A stretch of DNA of 64,000 nt from Azolla caroliniana (Eukaryota; Plantae; Polypodiophyta): assembly GCA_043228905.1 (NCBI GenBank), contig JBHGNT010000091.1:1-64000 (forward strand), written 5' to 3'. Both the position numbers and the translations under genes were made by a program. Shown in pieces: positions 53,290 to 64,000 of the stretch. The notes below the pieces were generated by a model. The model was not told the origin of the DNA. It did not search any database and was given only the letters and a program-made list of their open reading frames with translations. Each line of letters opens with the position of its first letter. Within the stretch, counting starts at the first letter, position 1.

Positions 53290-56140
53290 AGCGTTGTTAG
53301 CTTCGATTCGCATGTTTGAACACAAAACTCCGATATCACACGAGCCAGGTATGAACATTTTCATTTACTCAGGGGCTCTTCTCAACTCACTCCTCAAATT
53401 TGGTAATTTCGTCATGTCTGTCGACCTGAGATTCAAAATCTTGATTTTTTAATTCCATATCATAACTAGCGTTGTTAGCTTCGATTCGCATGTTTGAACA
53501 CAAAAATCCGATATCACACGAGCTAGGTATGAACATTTTCGTTTACCCACTAGCTCGTCTTAACTCACTCCTCAAATTTGGTAATTTCATCATGTCTGTC
53601 GACCTGAGTTTCAAAATCTTGATTTTTTAATTCCATATCATAGCTAGCGTTGTTAGCTTCGATTCGCATGTTTGAACACAAAACTCCGATATCACACGAG
53701 CCAGGTATGAACATTTTGATTTACTCAAGGGCTACTCTCAACTCACTCCTCAAATTTGGAAATTTCGTCATGTCTCTCGACCTGAGTTTCAAAATCTTGA
53801 TTTTTTAATTCCATATCATAGCTAGCGTTGTTAGCTTCGATTCGCATGTTTGAACACAAAACTCCGATATCACACGAGCCAGGTATGAACATTTTCATTT
53901 ATTCAAGGGCTCTTCTCAACTCACTCCTCAAATTTGGAAATTTCGTCATGTCTCTCGACCTGAGTTTCAAAATCTTGATTTTTTAATTTCATATCATAGC
54001 TAGCGTTGTTAGCTTCGATTCGCATGTTTGAAAACAAAAATCCGATAGGACACGAGCCAGGTATGAACATTTTGATTTACTCAAGGGCTCCTCTCAACTC
54101 AATCCTCAAATTTGGTAATTTCGTCATGTATCTCGACCTGAGTTTCAATATCTTGATTTTTTGATTCCATTTCAGAGCTAGCGTTGTTAGCTTCGATTCG
54201 CATGTTTGAACACAAAACTCCGATATCACACGAGCCAGGTATGAACATTTTCATTTACTCAAGGGTTCTTCTCAACTCACTCCTCAAATTTGGTAATTTC
54301 GTCATGTCTGTCGACCTGAGTTTCAAAATCTTGATTTTTTAATTCCATATCATAGCTAGCATTGTTAGCTTCGATTCGCATGTTTGAACACAGAAATCCG
54401 ATATCACACGAGCAAGGTATGAACATTTTGATTTACTCAAGGGCTCCTCTCAACTCACTCCTCAAATTTGGTAATTTCGTCATGTCTGTCAACCTGAGTT
54501 TCAAAATCTTGATTTTTTAATTCCATATCATAACTAGCGTTGTTAGCTTCGATTCGCATGTTTGAACACAAAAATCCGATATGACACGAGCCAGGTATGA
54601 ACATTTTGATTTACTCAAGGGCTCCTCTCAACTCACCCCTCAAATTTGGTAAGTTCGTCATGTCTCTCGACCTGAGTTTCAAAATCTTGATTTTTTAATT
54701 CCATATCATAGCTAGCGTTGTTAGCTTCGATTCGCATGTTTGAACACAAAACTCCGATATCACACGAGCCAGGTATGAACATTTTCATTTACTCAGGGGC
54801 TCTTCTCAACTCACTCCTCAAATTTGGTAATTTCGTCATGTCTGTCGACCTGAGATTCAAAATCTTGATTTTTTAATTCCATATCATAACTAGCGTTGTT
54901 AGCTTCGATTCGCATGTTTGAACACAAAAATCCGATATCAGACGAGCTAGGTATGAACATTTTCGTTTACCCACTAGCTCGTCTTAACTCACTCCTCAAA
55001 TTTGGTAATTTCATCATGTCTGTCGACCTGAGTTTCAAAATCTTGATTTTTTAATTCCATATCATAGCTAGCGTTGTTAGCTTCGATTCGCATGTTTGAA
55101 CACAAAACTCCGATATCACACGAGCCAGGTATGAACATTTTGATTTACTCAAGGGCTACTCTCAACTCACTCCTCAAATTTGGAAATTTCGTCATGTCTC
55201 TCGACCTGAGTTTCAAAATCTTGATTTTTTAATTCCATATCATAGCTAGCGTTGTTAGCTTCGATTCGCATGTTTGAACACAAAACTCCGATATCACACG
55301 AGCCAGGTATGAACATTTTCATTTATTCAAGGGCTCTTCTCAACTCACTCCTCAAATTTGGAAATTTCGTCATGTCTCTCGACCTGAGTTTCAAAATCTT
55401 GATTTTTTAATTCCATATCATAGCTAGCGTTGTTAGCTTCGATTCGCATGTTTGAAAACAAAAATCCGATAGGACACGAGCCAGGTATGAACATTTTGAT
55501 TTACTCAAGGGCTCCTCTCAACTCAATCCTCAAATTTGGTAATTTCGTCATGTATCTCGACCTGAGTTTCAAAATCTTGATTTTTTGATTCCATTTCAGA
55601 GCTAGCGTTGTTAGCTTCGATTCGCATGTTTGAACACAAAACTCCGATATCACACGAGCCAGGTATGAACATTTTCATTTACTCAAGGGTTCTTCTCAAC
55701 TCACTCCTCAAATTTGGTAATTTCGTCATGTCTGTCGACCTGAGTTTCAAAATCTTGATTTTTTAATTCCATATCATAGCTAGCATTGTTAGCTTCGATT
55801 CGCATGTTTGAACACAGAAATCCGATATCACACGAGCAAGGTATGAACATTTTGATTTACTCAAGGGCTCCTCTCAACTCACTCCTCAAATTTGGTAATT
55901 TCGTCATGTCTGTCAACCTGAGTTTCAAAATCTTGATTTTTTAATTCCATATCATAACTAGCGTTGTTAGCTTCGATTCGCATGTTTGAACACAAAAATC
56001 CGATATGACAGGAGCCAGGTATGAACATTTTGATTTACTCAAGGGCTCCTCTCAACTCACCCCTCAAATTTGGTAAGTTCGTCATGTCTCTCGACCTGAG
56101 TTTCAAAATCTTGATTTTTTAATTCCATATCATAGCTAGC
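53290..56140 (-). repeat. 8-monomer higher-order repeat (1424 bp) x2
   Basis: AGGGGCTCTT at 53371 and 54795; AAAACAAAAA at 54031 and 55455. Spacing is 1424 = 8x178. Confidence 0.9.
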
Positions 56141-59100
56141 GTTGTTAGCTTCGATTCGCATGTTTGAACACAAAAATCCGATATCACACGAGCCAGGTAT
56201 GAACATTTTCCTTTACTCAAGGGCTCCTCTCCACTACTTCCTCAAGTTTGGTAATTTCGTCATGTCTCTCGACCTGAGTTTCAAAATCTTGATTTTTTAA
56301 TTCCATATCATAGCTAGCATTGTTAGTTTCGATTCGCATGTTTGAACACAGAAATCGGATATCACACGAGCAAGGTATGAACATTTTGATTTACTCAAGG
56401 GCTCCTCTCAACTCACTCCTCAAATTTGGTAATTTCGTCATGTCTCTCGACCTGAGTTTCAAAATCTTGATTTTTTAATTCCATATCATAGCTAGCGTTG
56501 TTAGCTTCGATTCGCATGTTTGAACACAAAAATCCGATAGGACACGAGCCAGGTATGAACATTTTAATTTACTCAAGGGCTCCTCTCAACTCAATCCTCA
56601 AATTTGGTAATTTCGTCATGTATCTCGACCTGAGTTTCAAAATCTTGATTTTTTAATTCCATTTCAGAGCTAGCGTTGTTAGCTTCGATTCGCATGTTTG
56701 AACACAAAACTCCGATATCACACGAGCCAGGTATGAACATTTTCATTTACTCAAGGGTTCTTCTCAACTCACTCCTCAAATTTGGTAATTTCGTCATGTC
56801 TGTCGACCTGAGTTTCAAAATCTTGATTTTTTAATTCCATATCATAGCTAGCGTTGTTAGCTTCGATTCGCATGTTTGAACACAAAAATCCGATATCACA
56901 CGAGCCAGGTATGAACTATTTAATTTACCTCCTAGCTCTTCTCAACTCACTCCTCAAATTTGGAAATTTCGTCATGTCTCTCGACCTGAGTTTCAAAATC
57001 TTGATTTTTTAATTCCATATCATAGCTAGCATTGTTAGCTTCGATTCGCATATTTGAACACAGAAATCCGATATCACACGAGTCAGGTATGAACATTTTG
57101 ATTTACTCAAGGGCTCCTCTCAACTCACTACTCAAATTTGGTAATTTCGTCATGTCTGTCGACCTGAGTTTCAGAATCTTGATTTTTTAATTCCATATCA
57201 TAGGTAGTATTGTTAGCTTCGATTCGCATGTTTGAACACAAAAATCCGATATGACACGAGCCAGGTATGAACATTTTCATTTACTCAAGGGCTCCTCTCA
57301 ACTCACTCCTCAAATTTGGTAATTTCGTCATATCTCTCGACCTGAGTTTCAAAATCTTGATTTTTTAATTCCATATCATAGCTAGCGTTGTTAGCTTCGA
57401 TTCGCATGTTTGAACACAAAACTCTGATATCACACGAGCCAGGTATGAACATTTTCATTTACTCAAGGGCTCTTCTCAACTCACTCCTCAAATTTGGAAA
57501 TTTCGTCATGTCTCTCGACCTGCGTTTCAAAATCTTGATTTTTTAATTCCATATCATAGCTAGCATTGTTAGCTTCGATTCGCATGTTTGAACACAAAAA
57601 TCCGATATGACACGAGCCAGGTATGAACATTTTGATTTACTCAAGGGCTCCTCTCAACTCACTCCTCAAATTTGGTAATTTCGTCATGTATCTCGACCTG
57701 AGTTTCAAAATCTTGATTATTTAATTCCATTTCAGAGCTAGCGTTCTTAGCTTCGATTCGCATGTTTGAACACAAAACTCCGATATCACACGAGCCAGGT
57801 ATGAACATTTTCATTTACTCAAGGGTTCTTCTCAACTCACTCCTCAAATTTGGTAATTTCGTCATGTCTGTCGACCTGAGTTTCAAAATCTTGATTTTTT
57901 AATTCCATATCATAGCTAGCGTTGTTAGCTTCGATTCGCATGTTTGAACACAAAAATCCGATATCACACGAGCCAGGTATGAACTATTTAATTTACCTCC
58001 TAGCTCTTCTCAATTCACTCCTCAAATTTGGAAATTTCGTCATGTCTCTCGACCTGAGTTTCAAAATCTTGATTTTTTAATTCCATATCATAACTAGCGT
58101 TGCTAGCTTCGATTCGCATGTTTGAACACAAAAATCCGATATGACACGAGCCAGGTATGAACATTTTGATTTACTCAAGGGCTCCTCTCAACTCACCCCT
58201 CAAATTTGGTAAGTTCGTCATGTCTCTCGACCTGAGTTTAAAAATCTTGATTTTTTAATTCCATATCATAGGTAGTGTTGTTAGCTTCGATTTGCATGTT
58301 TGAACACAAAAATCCGATATGACACGAGCCAGGTATGAACATTTTAATTTACTCAAGGGCTCCTCTCAACTCACTCCCTAAATTTGGTAATTTCGTCGTG
58401 TCTGTCGACCTGAGTTTTAAAATCTTGATTTTTTAATTCCATATCATAGCTAGCGTTGTTAGCTTCGATTCGCATGTTTGAACACAGAAATCCGATATCA
58501 CACGAGCCAGGTATGAACATTTTAATTTACCTCCTAGCTCTTCTTAACTCACTCCTCAAATTTGGTAATTTCGTCATGTCTCTCGACCTGAGTTTCAAAA
58601 TCTTGATTTTTTAATTCCATATCATAGCTAGCATTGTTAGCTTCGATTCGCATGTTTGAACACAGAAATCGGATATCACACGAGCAAGGTATGAACATTT
58701 TGATTTACTCAAGGGCTCCTCTCAACTCACTCCTCAAATTTGGTAATTTCGTCATGTCTGTCAAGCTGAGTTTCAAAATCTTGATTTTTTAATTCCATAT
58801 CATAACTAGCGTTGTTAGCTGCGATTCGCATGTTTGAACACAAAAATCCGATATGACACGAGCCAGGTATGAACATTTCGATTTACTCAAGGGCTCCTCT
58901 CAACTCACTCCTCAAATTTGGTAATTTCGTCATGTCCGTCGACCTGAGTTTCAAAATCTTGATTTTTTAATTCCATATCATAGCTAGCGTTGTTAGCTTC
59001 GATTCGCATGTTTGAACACAAAACTCCGATATCACACGAGCGAGGTATGAACATTTTCATTTACTCAAGGGCTACTCTCAACTCACTCCTCAAATTTGGA

Positions 59101-62100
59101 AATTTCGTTCATGTCTCTCGACCTGAGTTTCAAAATCTTGATTTTTTAATTCCATATCATAGCTAGCGTTGTTAGCTTCGATTCGCATGTTTGAACACAA
59201 AACTCCGATATCACACGAGCCAGGTATGAACATTTTCATTTATTCAAGGGCTCTTCTCAACTCACTCCTCAAATTTGGAAATTTCGTCATGTCTCTCGAC
59301 CTGAGTTTCAAAATCTTGATTTTTTAATTCCATATCATAGCTAGCGTTGTTAGCTTCGATTCGCATGTTTGAACACAAAAATCCGATAGGACACGAGCCA
59401 GGTATGAACATTTTGATTTACTCAAGGGCTCCTCTCAACTCAATCCTCAAATTTGGTAATTTCGTCATGTATCTCGACCTGAGTTTCAAAATCTTGATTT
59501 TTTAATTCCATTTCAGAGCTAGCGTTGTTAGCTTCGATTCGCATGTTTGAACACAAAACTCCGAAATCACACGAGCCAGGTATGAACATTTTCATTTACT
59601 CAAGGGTTCTTCTCAACTCACTCCTCAAATTTGGTAATTTCGTCATGTCTGTCGACCTGAGTTTCAAAATCTTGATTTTTTAATTCCATATCATAGCTAG
59701 CGTTGTTAGCTTCGATTCGCATGTTTGAACACAAAAATCCGATATCACACGAGCCAGGTATGAACTATTTAATTTACCTCCTAGCTCTTCTCAACTCACT
59801 CCTCAAATTTGGAAATTTCGTCATGTCTCTCGACCTGAGTTTCCAAATCTTGATTATTTAATTCCATATCATAGCTAGCATTGTTAGCTTCGATTCGCAT
59901 GTTTGAACACAGAAATCCGATATCACACGAGCCAGGTATGAACATTTTGATTTACTCAAGGGCTCCTCTCAACTCACTACTCAAATTTGGTAATTTCGTC
60001 ATGTCTGTCGACCTGAGTTTCAAAATCTTGATTTTTTAATTCCATATCATAGGTAGTATTGTTAGCTTCGATTCGCATGTTTGAACACAAAAATCCGATA
60101 TGACACGAGCCAGGTATGAACATTTTGATTTACTCAAGGGCTCCTCTCAACTCACTCCTCAAATTTGGAAATTTCGTCATGTCTCTCGACCTGAGTTTCA
60201 AAATCTTGATTTTTTAATTCCATATCATAGCTAGCGTTGTTAGCTTCGATTCGCATGTTTGAACACAAAACTCCGATATCACACGAGCCAGGTATGAACA
60301 TTTTCATTTATTCAAGGGCTCTTCTCAACTCACTCCTCAAATTTGGAAATTTCGTCATGTCTCTCGACCTGAGATTCAAAATCTTGATTTTTTAATTCCA
60401 TATCATAACTAGCGTTGTTAGCTTCGATTCGCATGTTTGAACACAAAAATCCGATATCACACGAGCTAGGTATGAACTATTTAATTTACCTCCTAGCTCT
60501 TCTCAACTCACTCCTCAAATTTGGAAATTTTGTCATGTCTCTCGACCTGAGTTTCAAAATCTTGATTTTTTAATTCCATATAATAGCTAGCGCTGTTAGC
60601 TTCGATTCGCATGTTTGAACACAAAACTCCGATATGACACGAGCCAGGTATGAACATTTTAATTTACTCAAGGGCTCCTCTCAACTCACTACTCAAATTT
60701 GGTAATTTCGTCATGTCTGTCGACCTGAGTTTCAAAATCTTGATTTTTTAATTCCATATCATAGCTAGCGTTGTTAGCTTCGATTCGCATGTTTGAACAC
60801 AAAACTCCGATATCACACGAGCCAGGTATGAACATTTTCATTTACTCAAGGGCTCTTCTCAACTCACTCCTCAAATTTGGTAATTTCGTCATGTCTGTCG
60901 ACCTGAGTTTCAAAATCTTGATTTTTTAATTCCATATCATAACTAGCGTTGTTAGCTTCGATTCGCAAGTTTGAACACAAAAATCCGATATCACACGAGC
61001 TAGGTATGAACATTTTCGTTTACCCACTAGCTGCTCTCAACTCACTCCTCAAATTTGGTAATTTCGTCATGTCTGTCGACCTGAGTTTCAAAATCTTGAT
61101 TTTTTAATTCCATATCATAGGTAGTGTTGTTAGCTTCGATTTGCATGTTTGAACACAAAAATCCGATATGACACGAGCCAGGTATGAACATTTTGATTTA
61201 CTCAAGGGCTCCTGTCAACTCACTCCTCAAATTTGGTAATTTCGTCATGTATCTCGACCTGAGTTTCAAAATCTTGATTATTTAATTCCATTTCAGAGCT
61301 AGCGTTCTTAGCTTCGATTCGCATGTTTGAACACAAAACTCCGATATCACACGAGCCAGGTATGAACATTTTCATTTACTCAAGGGTTCTTCTCAACTCA
61401 CTCCTCAAATTTGGTAATTTCGTCATGTCTGTCGACCTGAGTTTCAAAATCTTGATTTTTTAATTCCATATCATAGCTAGCGTTGTTAGCTTCGATTCGC
61501 ATGTTTGAACACAAAAATCCGATATCACACGAGCCAGGTATGAACTATTTAATTTACCTCCTAGCTCTTCTCAATTCACTCCTCAAATTTGGAAATTTCG
61601 TCATGTCTCTCGACCTGAGTTTCAAAATCTTGATTTTTTAATTCCATATCATAACTAGCGTTGCTAGCTTCGATTCGCATGTTTGAACACAAAACTCCGA
61701 TAGGACACGAGCCAGGTATGAACATTTTGATTTACTCAAGGGCTCCTCTCAACTCACTCCTCAAATTTGGTAATTTCGTCATGTCTGTCAAGCTGAGTTT
61801 CAAAATCTTGATTTTTTAATTCCATATCATAACTAGCGTTGTTAGCTGCGATTCGCATGTTTGAACACAAAAATCCGATATGACACGAGCCAGGTATGAA
61901 CATTTTCATTTATTCAAGGGCTCTTCTCAACTCACTCCTCAAATTTGGAAATTTCGTCATGTCTCTCGACCTGAGTTTCAAAATCTTGATTTTTTAATTC
62001 CATATCATAGCTAGCGTTGTTAGCTTCGATTCGCATGTTTGAACACAAAAATCCGATAGGACACGAGCCAGGTTTGAACATTTTGATTTACTCAAGGGCT

Positions 62101-64000
62101 CCTCTCAACTCAATCCTCAAATTTGGTAATTTCGTCATGTATCTCGACCTGAGTTTCAAAATCTTGATTTTTTAATTCCATTTCAGAGCTAGCGTTGTTA
62201 GCTTCGATTCGCATGTTTGAACACAAAACTCCGATATCACACGAGCCAGGTATGAACATTTTCATTTACTCAAGGGTTCTTCTCAACTCACTTCTCAAAT
62301 TTGGTAATTTCGTCATGTTTGTCGACCTGAGTTTCAAAATCTTGATTTTTTAATTCCATATCATAGCTAGCGTTGTTAGCTTCGATTCGCATGTTTGAAC
62401 ACAAAAATCCGATATCACACGAGCCAGGTATGAACTATTTAATTTACCTCCTAGCTCTTCTCAACTCACTCCTCAAATTTGGAAATTTCGTCATGTCTCT
62501 CGACCTGAGTTTCCAAATCTTGATTATTTAATTCCATATCATAGCTAGCATTGTTAGCTTCGATTCGCATGTTTGAACACAGAAATCCGATATCACACGA
62601 GCCAGGTATGAACATTTTGATTTACTCAAGGGCTCCTCTCAACTCACTACTCAAATTTGGTAATTTCGTCATGTCTGTCGACCTGAGTTTCAAAATCTTG
62701 ATTTTTTAATTCCATATCATAGGTAGTATTGTTAGCTTCGATTCGCATGTTTGAACACAAAAATCCGATATGACACGAGCCAGGTATGAACATTTTGATT
62801 TACTCAAGGGCTCCTCTCAACTCACTCCTCAAATTTGGAAATTTCGTCATGTCTCTCGACCTGAGTTTCAAAATCTTGATTTTTTAATTCCATATCATAG
62901 CTAGCGTTGTTAGCTTCGATTCGCATGTTTGAACACAAAACTCCGATATCACACGAGCCAGGTATGAACATTTTCATTTATTCAAGGGCTCTTCTCAACT
63001 CACTCCTCAAATTTGGAAATTTCGTCATGTCTCTCGACCTGAGTTTCAAAATCTTGATTTTTTAATTCCATATCATAGCTAGCGTTGTTAGCTTCGATTC
63101 GCATGTTTGAACACAAAAATCCGATATCACACGAGCCAGGTATGAACATTTTCCTTTACTCAAGGGCTCCTCTCCACTACTTCCTCAAGTTTGGTAATTT
63201 CGTCATGTCTCTCGACCTGAGTTTCAAAATCTTGATTTTTTAATTCCATATCATAGGTAGTATTGTTAGCTTCGATTCGCATGTTTGAACACAAAAATCC
63301 GATATGACACGAGCCAGGTATGAACATTTTGATTTACTCAAGGGCTCCTCTCAACTCACTCCTCAAATTTGGAAATTTCGTCATGTCTCTCGACCTGAGT
63401 TTCAAAATCTTGATTTTTTAATTCCATATCATAGCTAGCGTTGTTAGATTCGATTCGCATGTTTGAACACAAAACTCCGATATCACACGAGCCAGGTATG
63501 AACATTTTCATTTATTCAAGGGCTCTTCTCAACTCACTCCTCAAATTTGGAAATTTCGTCATGTCTCTCGACCTGAGATTCAAAATCTTGATTTTTTAAT
63601 TCCATATCATAACTAGCGTTGTTAGCTTCGATTCGCATGTTTGAACACAAAAATCCGATATCACACGAGCTAGGTATGAACTATTTAATTTACCTCCTAG
63701 CTCTTCTCAACTCACTCCTCAAATTTGGAAATTTTGTCATGTCTCTCGACCTGAGTTTCAAAATCTTGATTTTTTAATTCCATATAATAGCTAGCGCTGT
63801 TAGCTTCGATTCGCATGTTTGAACACAAAACTCCGATATGACACGAGCCAGGTATGAACATTTTAATTTACTCAAGGGCTCCTCTCAACTCACTACTCAA
63901 ATTTGGTAATTTCGTCATGTCTGTCGACCTGAGTTTCAAAATCTTGATTTTTTAATTCCATATCATAGCTAGCGTTGTTAGCTTCGATTCGCATGTTTGA

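Larger units (their letters stand above)
35982..64000 (-). repeat. Same 178-bp satellite, reverse orientation (~157 monomers)
   Basis: From 35982 the sequence reads CCTGAGTTTCAAAATCTTGATTTTTTA...GCATGTTTGAACACAAAAAT, the reverse complement of the monomer. The 178 period continues to the window end. Confidence 0.98.

Noticed and set aside
1-64000. CRISPR-like array (conserved part alternating with a variable part)
   Set aside because: The variable segment has only about three related states rather than unique spacers, the period is 178 bp, and no cas genes are present.

Overview
The whole 64 kb window is one eukaryotic, probably plant-type, tandem satellite array with a 178-bp monomer (~36% GC counted on the first monomer, ~360 copies). 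It looks centromeric or pericentromeric, but I do not recognise the family and it does not match my recollection of Arabidopsis CEN178. There are no genes, RNA genes or transposons, and the three ORFs are chance read-throughs of the monomer. The array switches strand once: about 202 monomers lie on + (1-35963) and about 157 on - (35982-64000). They are joined by an 18-bp filler copied from 34 bp upstream, a templated-insertion scar, and the result is a giant imperfect inverted repeat. Diagnostic variants show tandem higher-order repeats (2-, 5-, 7-, 8-, 9-, 11/14- and 16-mers), dispersed in-register block duplications, and a duplicated 54-bp-deleted monomer. The most unusual signal is a quasi-palindrome in the monomer's most variable segment, whose two arms co-vary between subtypes (C-G, T.G, T-A). 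One copy at 24405-24445 carries a compensatory double substitution.
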